64,000 nt of DNA, taken from Marsupella aquatica. Lineage: Eukaryota > Plantae > Marchantiophyta. The stretch lies in NCBI GenBank assembly GCA_973895155.1, contig OZ316892.1, positions 20,037,869 through 20,101,868 of the forward strand, read 5' to 3'. The notes beneath the pieces are model-generated. The model saw nothing but the letters and a program-made list of their open reading frames with translations, was not told where the DNA came from and did not search any database. Each line of letters starts with the position of its first letter. The first letter of the stretch is position 1. This document shows positions 23,471 to 35,149 of the stretch, one piece after another. The translations under genes were made by a program, and so were the position numbers.

Positions 23471-25130
23471 TCAGAACATGATGTGAAGCTCGAGTATCCG
23501 GTTTTTGAACAAAACTGCGCATACATCTTTGTCCCCGGTATGCAATCTCTCTGCTCTAGCGAATTCACCGATGCAGGTTTCACAATACTTCAACGTACCT
23601 TTGTCAACCAACGTTTGAAGCTTTTCCTTAACATATGTCTGGAATCCGTGTTCCCACTGGAGGGATCCAAGGTTCCCCAGTGGCTCGATGTGGAGCACTT
23701 TGTCCTGCGCGCCACCTTCATCTGTCTCTGGAAGGCCTTCAGCCCATTCAGTGAGTTCTGCCGGCCTCAAGTGCGGGTTTTCCAACACGAATGCCCGAAC
23801 CTCCTGAAGGATGTCCACTGCTTTAATGGATGGTTTGAACTCATAGTCCAACTCCGACTGATCGATTTCCGAATCATAGAACCTACCCTGCTCAACCAAA
23901 CAGCACTCTTCGATCATGACCAGCGTACTTGTCATTTACCGAGGCTATCCAAAATCTGCAGTCGACCCCCAATATCTGTGACCCCCATTATGTATAATAT
24001 GCTGTCATGTGATGACATTCGATACCTCAAATATCGTACAGGATGGATTGTTTGCAGAGTTCATAAGTTGGATTTTGTGTGAAGGCCATACGCGATTGAA
24101 TAAAGACCCATAATATGTACATGCTTAATGTGGGGCACGCATCGAGGCTTACCTGTTCATCTGCAACCCCCGGGTCCTCCACGATGCCGAGAGACGCGAG
24201 TTGTTTGGCCCGAATGGCTCTGCCTGTTTGGGCAACGACAAGTTTCTTCTTTCTGCCCAGAGCACTGAATTTCCAGTCCATAAACTTCAAAACCAATGCG
24301 TCGTGCAGATCGGCGGACGGCGCAACATTGAAGGAATCAAACCAAAAATAATTTTCAGCATCCTCCATGTAATCCATCGCCTCCTTCAACAACTCGGTGA
24401 GGTCTGGATCCACGCCCTGTTGCGTAAAAGTTGATACAACTCTGCTGAAGCATGTCAACATTTTTGTCATTCCTGCAGTTGCCTTTTTCCCCTCCCTCGT
24501 CGATACGGAATGCTTGTGCATAGTTTGCATGGCTAGAAATTTTTTCCTCATGTGGTCTCGAAAGAGACGGTGCTGTGGATCTTGAAGAACAAGCTTCAAG
24601 TGCGCGGTGAGCCACACTCTGTACTGAGGGTGCTTCAAGAGCACGGTATCGCCCAAATAAGGAAGATCGAGAGCAGCAAAACAAACGAGCAGGTCAGGAA
24701 CTTCCGAAGGTGCCGAAGGTGCCCCCCGCTGCAGGTATCTAAGATGACGAGTGAGATATTCTTGGACAATTCTTTTCTTCTCTCCCTCTAGCATTGACAT
24801 TTGGGCTTCCTGCCACCTCCATGGGAAGAATCCAACAGTGCATTTCACGATTTCAAATTTCTTTCGGGTTACGGCAATCACGTTCTCCTGGTTTCGCCTT
24901 CGATTTTCTTCTTCGCTCAACTGTGGTGTATTCCCAGATTGGTGGCACTTCAACCAATGATCGTTAATGCCCTTCACTATGGTGTAAGCCTTCCCTATCG
25001 GACAACCTGGAATGATGCACTTCCAATCTAGTTTAGTTGGCTGTTTGCAATTGCGAACCCTGGTGTAATGCATCCCATCGTCTGCTTCCATGCAATCGGT
25101 TCTAACTCCACTTGCAATTGGAGTCGCCAT
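23471..25130 (-). CDS. Zinc-finger-like unknown-family gene, exons 25130-24153 and 23887-~23569; paralog of 4690-6097 and probable N-terminus of the modular gene
   Basis: WKCIIPGCP...INDHWLKCH, FFPWRW, LDLPYL, PQYRVWLTAHL, FMDWKFSA and LASLGIVE align with the + strand paralog. Donor CAG|GTAAGC at 24153 and acceptor GAGCAG|GGT at 23887 are phase 0. Confidence 0.75.
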
Positions 25131-26703
25131 GACTGCCAATGAAAACCTACACTAAGAAAGTTACCCTGCTGGCTGAAATTGGTTATCAGAGCGCGAGTGG
25201 GCACAGGAAATGGCAACTTGTGGAAGCACGCCCTTCGACCGCAGTGTCAAGACCATTGAGTCCGGAAATGTAGTGACCATCGTAATCCCCTAAACAAGGT
25301 TGTGCTTCTTTTGGTACTTCTTGCCACTCCCCTGTCATCTGTACTTATGGCACGGACATGACATCTCTCGGAGCCAGAGGTTGGCACGGCGAGACATTTC
25401 CATACCGTGACTTACGCCAAAATACATTTCCGGCGCCGCAGTAATGCAGCACTAACGTCGCGGTATAACAAGCCCAATAGCCCTGATGGTAAGCACGCAG
25501 CACAGTGTGGTAAGATACGCTATGCATTCATTGATCTGGTACAGAGACATCAGTATATCATGGTATGGATGTTTGGACGGATGCTAGTATGGTTGGAGGT
25601 TTTTGAGGGGTTAGGGTTAATGGTTCTCGCGACAACGTTCTAGAAGCGTTGGGCGAAGCCCCTTGCAGACCCTAAACCCTGGCCATAAAACCCCTACATA
25701 ACAGATAACTGATAGACCCCCTTTGTCCTGAGCGCCGTGTAGAGGGCGGTGTTAATTACCATTTCTGTCGAGGCGCCGAACATTGCCCACGGGCGTCGTA
25801 AAGCACTCGACCTCGCATCAAAGATTTATGGCCTTACTAGATCCGATATCCTGGTATGACAGCAGGCAGACCAAAATATGAGGACGGCTTGGTGTGGACC
25901 GAGATTTGGTCCGTGCAATACGTCCATCGTAGCCCTCGAAAAGTCTCGTCCAGGTTTCGTGACCTGTCATTAAATGAATGATAGCCCCCTTCACCTGACT
26001 GTCTAATCTCCGCTGTTATTGCCTTTTGTCGTCATGGGCGGCGGCTCTGTCGCCCATGACAGAGCCATCGCCACAGTCAGTGATAACCATGCCATTATGT
26101 ATTTATTATCATGGTCTGGGGCAGCCCCCAACCTCGACATGAGCACGTCATTATTTTGATCCAAGTTAAAGTTGAATGGATGCCCCCAATGCCTGACCGC
26201 CTAATGGAGGACGCTATTATTGCCGTTTGGCGTCAGGGCGCCGAGCATTACCAATGCCCTGCTGGTAATCACACATCAAAATGTGGCTGCATTCATTGAT
26301 TGAAAGAAAAACAACTAGGGTTATCACGGTATGCAGATGGGTGCCTCTTCGCAGCGTTCCCCAAGCTCAGTGATACCTGTATCTTTATATCACTATTATG
26401 GTATGGAGATGGCCCAACCAAGAGACGAGGAGGACACCCTAAACCCGGGAGTTAGTCCGTGCAAAACCGAGAGATGAGGATGGCACCTCGGCTGCCACGG
26501 GCAACACGACAATATTTTGCGCTATTTTTCCTTCATAGACCATCAGTGTTCATATTCATAAAAACACCCAAGTAAGATTATACCTATACATATGTGAAAC
26601 TGTGATGGAAACCAAAATGGGCCCCTTAACAATTTCAGAAAGTATGCACGGAGAAAATTACAATTGGAATTGACAAAATTGTGGGTGACATTGCAGCTAA
26701 ACA

Positions 26704-29700
26704 CTATTCATTCATATCTGGGAATTCCGAAGCAAAGTGTTTGTTCTGTCGCTTATCCCTGTTGGCACTAGCCTGAAGGAAATGTCTCCTAAGACTATAT
26801 TTGTCCTTGCACTTCTGCTTGCCCTTCCTTGGCCGAAAACGGAAATTGGACGGTTCATAACCAGGATTCTGCTGGTCTGACACTCTTCTATAGGGCATGT
26901 ATCGCTCACCTAGACGAGTGGACTGGGTCCTCGGCGCTTTCCGCATATTGCCACACATCTTCTCAACCTAGCTTTTCATTCGCAGAGGGGTGTGAGAGCA
27001 CCGAGGGGCCAGTCTCCTCCAAATGTGTCCGGGTGGAAGAACAGAGTCAGGATCTGTAAGGATGAGGCGGGTATCTTTCAGTCTACCATTGACTGCTCTC
27101 AACTCGTGGGCAACAAGAGCCTTCAATGTCGGGTTCATGAGGACGTAACCCTGAATTTCCTTCAATTGCATCTCGTACTCGCCGTTTACTTTGTCACAAT
27201 CTATCGACGGTAACATGTTGGAATCTGCATTGCATGATGAGCCAATTAGACTTTATGTGGAACTGAGTACATGTGAGAGGAACTTAATTTTATACTTCAA
27301 TAAAACAATGAACATTAGTAATAGTTGTTGGGTCTAGCACAACCTACCACGTGGTACAGGCAAGGGCACAACCTCCGTGGGGCGGGGTGGGAAGGCGTCA
27401 CCAACGTCAGAATTGTCAAATGACAGAGGGTCATGCACATCGAGAGTCAAATTTTCAGAGACGGGTTCATTGAGATCAATGGTAATGCCCAATCGCAATA
27501 ACTCAGACATGCCACCACGGATACCGCCATATCTCAATCCCAAAGCTACTCGGATGTTCGTCTCTGAGTACCCAAGCACACACAGCACGAGGACCTACAG
27601 CAAACGCATGACAACGTTAGAGGTACGTAGTCCTTCAACACATGAACAGGTTAGGGGTATTTAAACCGTAAACACATTAACATCGCTATCCAAATTCATG
27701 TGAATTACCTTGTGCTTGCAATAGTTGCCTTGCAAAGACCAATAGCACTGGCAGGAATTGACGTCATTCCTCCAATGGACACGGTATACCACATTCCTCA
27801 ATATGGACTTTACCAATGCCGTTGTCGCAGACAACGGAGCAGGAGGCCATTCCACTGACTTGACGTCCATATTCCTCACCTTCATGATCACGTTCATTAC
27901 ATACATATCCTTCTTTTTGTTGCTAACCAGACCCCTGGCCTTCTTTTTAGCCTTGTACCAAACATGTATGCCTACGTCATTGTGGAGGGTGTCACACAAC
28001 TCATCGACCCTTTTTTTGTCAAGATTCCGTTTCCTTGGGAAAATAATGGACTTGAGGATGGCGTGGTATGACTCAAGCGAGTTGTTTGTATCCTGATTAT
28101 TCCTCGCCACTGCTCTCCTCTTGTCTCGTATCCACATGTCTGCGCCGATCCCACAAAGTAAATAATGAAACGAATGTCAGCAATCGCCGGGGAAAGGACA
28201 CAACTGGGAAAACTATTATGTTATAGTCACTATAAAAACAATCTGCATCTTTGCATAGTGCGAGAGAGAGGAAACGGTGGAATGGTACTTACGTAGGCAC
28301 CCCATCCACTCCCCTTGAAAGTATTGGAGGAATTTTTTCTCTGTCCAGAATGTCTGGAAGAAGGTAGTCAGCTTTCTCTGAGCTGACCGTTCCACACATT
28401 CTAGTTCATGTAGGGTTGGGTCGACATGCAATGTGCTGCCAAATATTACATCCTCCAACGCAACATTCATTTGTGCACGTCGGTCATGAGACTGGACGAG
28501 CTCAAGCAATTTGGTCGTCCATGCCTTGCGGACATGGTATATACACAAGAATATGGGAATGTCGGGAAAAACAGTTTTGATAGCTGCTCTTTCATTATCA
28601 GCACAGTCAACCATGAAGCAGGAGGGTTTCCAACCAGGGCAGGCAAGTTCAGCTGCTGTCTTCACAACATGTAGAAACTTCACAATATCCTCTATTTCCT
28701 CCTTTTCAAGGATGGCATACGCAATGGGAAGCCCATTCTCGTATTCGTCAAACACCATAATGGTGTACAGCGGATACTGTTTACAAGAAAACGGTGAAAG
28801 GACATTAGAACGGGAGGATCGCGGAGCATCGGAGCTGTGATTGCGGTGCTGTGATTGGCGCCCCGCGTCTGAAGCAAAGATTACATTCGTGACATTCCAG
28901 CAAAAAAATTCACCATGAAAGGCCGAAAAAACATAACGTTAGGGGTGAAATTGAGGATATGAACCTTGTACTTGTGAGTTCCGAATGTCCCATCAATTCC
29001 CAGACATCGACTGTTCCCGTACTTCACCAGCCAGTCCAACTGGAAACTTCTCTGTAATACTATTCGAAGGGGCTCCATTGGAGAGGGTTTTGGCTGATCG
29101 TATAAGAGAATACTCTCCGGGGTGGCTTGAATCCATAAATGTGTACTTGTAGCATCGTTGGGGTGCCTGCGAAAAGTCTCCCTGTCTAGTCCCTTCTTCA
29201 CGTTTCCAATGTCATCCATAGTGATGTAATGGTCCCTGCAATCTGAGTGCTGATTTTCCAGCGTTGCATTCGAAGCGTGGAAAAGGGCCTTCGCAGCACG
29301 GTGCAGAATCTGCGTCGGAGTGGATCCTCTACGCAATTCGCATTCAATCCATCCCCTAACAGCACAAATAACAAGTATCAGGAGATATGAACGCGTTAGG
29401 AGTAGAGCCATCTACATACCCTGATATTGTAGTACTAAAGCGTGCTTATTGGAGTATGTTGGTGCAAACCCGATAGATGGGAACCTGCAGCGAAAAGGGC
29501 CACCACTATCGCCTACGCATACGATGATATTTATAACTATTTTCTATGATATCCGCGTGAGTTTGATGGACCCCATGGTAGTTCGAATGAAAGGACGGTA
29601 GGAGGCATTTACCTGGCTTCGGACGAAAGGCTATGGGCAAATTCCGACGGAAGACCTCTGCATCGTGGATCATCACTACCATGGCAAGGCAAACCTTCCT

Positions 29701-30170
29701 TGTCTACGTGGTCTTTGGATTTGTATCTGAGTTCAATGACGCTTTCGTCATGGATAGTCTCCAACTCATATGCCTGAAATCTGCATTGGCACCCTTTGTG
29801 GTAATGGTCGTGGTCAGCAGACAGCTTGCTTCCTTTCCCTGTCTTGGGCTTGTCTTTGGGATCGGCAATACTTTCGCTATTATGCAATGGCGCCTTCCTG
29901 CGGTCAGGAGTCCCAAACTCACAGTAATACTGAATTTTACGGACCCACCTGTGTGGTCCTCCGACATCTCATTTTTGCTTGGAGTCACGGGTGATAAAGC
30001 ATGTCATTGCACGCGGGCATCGACTACCCTCACCCTTCACAAAGTCTTGTAACCTATCGGATGGAATATAAGCTCGGTCCTTTGAGTCCCAATTGAGATC
30101 ATCGGCATTGAAAGGACCCTGCCTCCCAATCCTCTGCAGCAACAACGACTGTGGAGCGACAACCCTTTGT
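26704..30170 (-). pseudogene. MULE (Mutator-like) DDE transposase with SWIM zinc finger, spliced, at least one premature stop
   Basis: Exons ~30170-29613, 29355-28965, 28776-28293, 28139-27709, 27594-~27350 and 27224-~26968, with GT-AG junctions in frame. Motifs: KGCQCRF...HVDKEGLPCHG, GIDGTFGTHKYKYPLY (D1), FMVDCAD (D2), LCIYHVRKAW (CxxH), NNSLESYHAILK (E), CQCYWSLQGNYCKH (SWIM). TGA at 29971-29969 interrupts the first exon. Confidence 0.9.
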
Positions 30171-31054
30171 CTCTTTCCAGCCGCAGGTGTATTGGTAGGC
30201 AAAAAAAAAACTGCATTGAGACATTCCAGTCTATATTTTAGATGCGAAGTCTCACCAGATTCCGCCTCACCAATATTTGAAAATGCAATGTACAAAACTT
30301 TGAAACACAGAAAGGGGTTTTACCTTCTTGTACGTTATCCATTGCACACAGGATAGGAGCCCACCAGCGCACCCTACAGCATGGCGATGGGCATGGACAA
30401 TCCGGACTGCGATATTTGTAATTTTGAAAATTTTGTCACCGTATGATATCTTCGGAGGCAGGAATGCAAATGGCGGAGGATGGCAACATTGCACTCATTG
30501 ACGTTAGACCATCGGCGTTCGGAATTCGACAGATAATCGGCAATCGACAAACCATCCGCATTCCACTGATGAGAAGCATTCGGTTCTTCACAAGTCTTCC
30601 AGTAGTCGACTCCATTGTACATCCTGTTTGAGCTTGAAATCCTATGTCAGCTCGGAATGGAAGAATCCGCAGCGGAATGTAGCCATGACGCCTGGTTCAC
30701 GTGAATTCGAAATCGATAAAACTCGATGCCAAAGGAAGAAATTCGAGTCCACATGGAGGAATCGAGCTCTGGAATGAACACAGGATTTAGAGAGACTGTA
30801 TCCATCCCGCGCAAATTCGCAAATGGCGGCAGCATTGAAAGCGGTGTACGAGCAATTGCCGCGCTCTTCGAGTTCATCATTCGTTGATGTTAAAGATTTG
30901 AAACGTAACATCGTGGTATGTCCTAAACATCCACGATATGGGCAGAACATACACGATATGGGCAGAACATCCATGTAGCGGTTTAATTTCTTTGGGACGG
31001 AAAGGCTCAGACGGAGAATAGCGGACGGAGAATAGCGGACGGAGTGTGATGCAC

Positions 31055-31205
31055 CTGCCCTGGCTGCCCTGCCCGGCCCATTGCTGCCCTGCCCTGGCTG
31101 CCCTGCCCTGCTCTTGCTGCCCTGCCCTGGCTGCCCTACACTGCCTGCCCTGCCTGTTCGCCACCCACCCTGCCCTGCCTGTTCGCTACCCACCCTGCCC
31201 TGCCC
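31055..31205. repeat. (TGCCC)n / (CCTG)n low-complexity repeat, possibly subterminal
   Basis: About 20 TGCCC-like units, preceded by short duplications CACGATATGGGCAGAACAT x2 and GACGGAGAATAGCG x2. Confidence 0.85.
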
Positions 31206-33919
31206 GACTTGCTTATACCGTACCATTTGACGAACAGCTGCAAAAGAAATTTTGGATGAATGTAAAGGCACATTGTCTAGGAAAGCAGTACAGGGTATCA
31301 CGTATCGTATCCTGCCAGATTTTGATGTGCAATTACCAGCAGGGCATTCCGAGCACACACACACTTGAGTGACTTGCAAACTGGCCTACACCCATCTCCC
31401 CTATGAACGTTAGCATCTATTTCGTGTTAGTGAAATTAGAAAATTATTGTTACGAGGAGAATGACTCTTCTACTACAACTTGACCAAGGATCTTCATGGG
31501 GAACTTAGGGCACCCACGTTCCTTCCGTTCCCCGAAAAACAATTGTTTTAAATGCCTAATTTCAAAAATAAATTTAGTTACACCAGCTCATGAATGTAAC
31601 AAACATTTTCTTCATCTTAATTACTGCGCACAGTGTAGTGGATTTTTGGATATATGCCTAAAGATAAATCCTGAAAATATGAATCCTGAGAATTGGGATT
31701 GTAAGACACATCGGATTTGGTTGAAGTGACAAGCAACAACTGACCGAGAAGGAAAGAGAAGGGGTATATGTTGTGAGACTGAGAGATGAGGCCAGAACCC
31801 TTGTATGGTGGGTCAATGCTGTTTCTCCCCATTTGTAAAGATTGTTAAATAGGTCTCATAGCCAGATGAACCACAAATGTAGACTGTTAGCCCACTGCCC
31901 TGTTTTGAGATGCTCCATTATAGCCTTCCTTTTGGCAGAAACCTGTCAACATTTGAGTACTCTAGTTGGGCTCCATATGGCACACTTTCAGAGTGAATAA
32001 AAAGGTTAGTTTCATTTCACATCTGGGTTCTCCTCTTCTTTTCCAGAATTTTCTTTCCTATTTAGCATGAAAATGTAACAGAAGTACTGATCAATCAGTG
32101 TTTGGCACACTAATACAAGGAATCTTCCAGGAAAATCTACCCAATGGCCTACACATCAGAGTCTCAAGTTTATCGTTGACTGAACTTTGTTTAGAATTTT
32201 CCGACGGATATGGGACCCATTAGGGTAATCCAACTTTGAGAAGCTAGTTTAGAGTAATCAAATCTAATTAGGACTAACTAGTTGGCATTAGAGGCCCAAA
32301 ATTTGGCGGAATATATATTAGTACTCTCGCGGGATATGCAGTGAAGGCAGACTCGAAGCAGTACAATAATAGTACCTCACTAACTGACTGACTACGCTGT
32401 AAACCTTGAGGAATGACAGAAAACGTGTTGCTTGCATTAACTCAGAAGATCAGTATATAATCTTGCCAATTAAACTATTAATTTTGTTACGGTATTGACT
32501 TGGTGCCATCACAAGTGCAACGTGTATTCGATTAACGTAACATTAATGCGCGTGGGAATCTACCGTAGCTTGGGACCTTTCCATGATTTTCCATGCAAAA
32601 GGCAACCGTTAAGAAAGTCTACAGTTGTTACTCTGGCACAGTAATTGCGTTTGTCGGTGCTACAGTAAGAGCAATTAATGTCTTCGCGCGAAAACTGCAT
32701 ATTTTTATCTCGCGCGGTGCCATACATGATTTATCTAGATTTCAGTGTTTTTTAAAACTTCAAACCGTTTAGAGTATACATTCTAAATGTTTTTCCAAAG
32801 TATCACTCTGGGGAACCTGAAGTTTTTAACGTACCCTATTTACCTTGGCGTGCTTGCTCTATCAGCATTGTGTTTTTTTTTTTCAGGTAAAGGTCAGAGT
32901 GCAAGAAACTTTATTTGTTATGGGGTTTATCAAGTTTGTTGTATTTTTTAGAGCGCAAGATTTTCTATTTTTATTTTGAATTATTACTTAGAGAAACTCT
33001 TACTGAGATAGAGGTTTACTCTGGATACTCAAATAAGACACACTCAAACAGTAGTGTAACACAACACCAGCAAAGTATTCTGAAAAACCATAGCAAGTGT
33101 TCTGCAGTTAATGTTTAGTTTGTGTTTACCTTGTCAAACCTTTGGGTCTACAGTGGCTCCCAATGAATATTTCTTTCTAGAATTCCATGGGTCTGGCATG
33201 GTGTCCTTTCCTACTTGTCCCACCTCAACCCTCAATCAAAAGAAAATGAGGGTACATAATGCGCACCTCCAGTAGAGTGCTAGGGTGGACGGTCGCCTTT
33301 ATCCTTGAAAACATAATAAAAATGTACTAAAAGATTGATCAACTACAGTAGAGTGGTGGGAAAGGTTCGTCACTTTTGCTAGGCCTGATCCATTATAGGT
33401 ATCAGAATTATTGTTTTGTTTATTAAATTTGTTTTGCGAGTCGGTTTCCCCTCGTCTGTTGTGATTGGAGTTTCTGAAAACTCAAGGTGACGGCATATAT
33501 TACCATACACCTCAACTCAAGATGTCCTTCCGACAATCCAACTGCTAACAACAGACAGAGTGACGCCTGCCTGTGTTTCTGTAGCCCTATAGCATTTGGC
33601 AGCAAATCACATTAATGCATGGAGACTTGGAACAAAAAGAGAAAATGAATCCAGATTGAACCGTTGCAGCATCCAATCAAACTACACGGACTTTTGCTTG
33701 AGTCTGTGAGTTTTGGTCCCTTTTCACCTGGCAATGTTGGGAGGTTGGCCCCTGCACCATTCGGCATGTTGGAGTTGTTTGACATTAATTTAATCTCATC
33801 CCCAGGTCATATTGGAAAACAAATATAATACAGGGCATCAAAAGCTGAGATAAGGGCCTAAAGTTACTAGCTAGAGTGAATCCTCTAGACCCTGCCTCTA
33901 GAAATACAACTACAATTCC

Positions 33920-34028
33920 GGTGAAATTGGAAAGAAACACAATTATACTGGACAATATTTTACAAGCAAAGTAGGTGGAATTGGAAACAAACACAATTAT
34001 ACTGGACATCTATTTACAAGCAAAGTAA
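33920..34028. repeat. 54-bp tandem duplication
   Basis: GGTG(A/G)AATTGGAAA(G/C)AAACACAATTATACTGGACA...TTTACAAGCAAAGTA at 33920 and 33974. Confidence 0.85.
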
Positions 34029-35149
34029 GGGCATTCAGGCTAGTTTATAAAATTCTCCACTGCCCACCCACAAGTAGAGGAAGTTATTGAAGAGCTAACC
34101 CCTAAAACCTAAACTGTTGTCTTAAGAATGTTCCTCCTTTTCTCTCTTGGAAAAGTGTTTCTTTCATGTTTGTATGCATATTCTTATGCCGAAGATTCCA
34201 TATGCAAATATGTTTAGTCGCAATTGGAACCCTAAACCCTAACCCCAATTGAAAAGGAAGATGTGTGTAATTAACAGCATTAATTTTAGTACTTACAATA
34301 CTTCGTTTGGTTTGCAATGGGAATAGGGAAACCCCACTAAAAGTTGGTGACACACAACCGGCACTTATTCATGTATTTTTTTGCTCTAGAGCCTGTCTTT
34401 TCGCAATTGTTTTTGGCATGGAGGTGGGTGCCATTAGTGTTGAGGGAAATTTGTCGGTTCATGCAACTTCTTCAAAAGTATATGTACTTACGTCTCCGGA
34501 AGTAACTATTGTTACTCTATCAGACTAGTATCAGTCAGGAATAAACCAGCGCTTTACGCTAGAATGCTTAGAATAGTCTTGACTATGCATACTGGCATAC
34601 CAGAATTTTTCTCTAACGTTCAAAAAGGCTAGAGTCCCTAGACTTAGTATTATCTAAACAATTTTGCTTCTGTTTGATGCCAAAGGCAACGTGTATAGCT
34701 TTTATGAAGTACTATCAATAAGTTGTCCTATACATGGACCCTTCAAATAATTTCATCATTGAGAAAGGGAATTTAAATATTTTTTAATTTTGTCCAAGAA
34801 CATGATGGTCCCTAAGGCAATCAATGTTTCCGCTCAGTCCCGGCCTTAGGGAGTTAATTTTAAGTCAGGATGGCTTTATAAGACATGGGAGCCCATTGCT
34901 TCAATCATTTTATTCCGCCTGGGATATATAATGAGTGGTATATATACTATAGTTGGATTTGCAAGAAATGGGTAATCCATTCAGGTATGGTGTCGTCCCA
35001 CCTGACATGGCAGGCAATGGAGAGTGCTTCTTTTGTTTAGAATCTTGGACCATCTCAAGAGGTGGTCCATACACATCTGAACTTTGCTTCTTCTATGAAG
35101 GGTTTGCATTTATCAAATTTTATATAAAAATACACTTTGGTTTTTAGGT

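Larger units (their letters stand above)
1..31401 (-). mobile_element. Putative giant Mutator-like (MULE) transposon with cargo genes; boundaries uncertain, left end may lie outside the window
   Basis: Contains a MULE DDE+SWIM transposase (26.7-30.2 kb), two paralogous cargo genes at 4.7 and 23.5-25.1 kb, and the motif CATACYRYGAT from 1197 to 30920. TGCCC repeats at 31055-31205 and a C-rich candidate end (CCCATCTCCCC, ~31401) precede the switch to host-like DNA. No TIR pair or TSD found in the window. Confidence 0.5.

Noticed and set aside
30374-31379. ORFs upstream of the transposase (30374-30622, 30642-31379)
   Set aside because: The long ORF is open mainly because of the TGCCC repeat, and I could not establish a splice link to the transposase.
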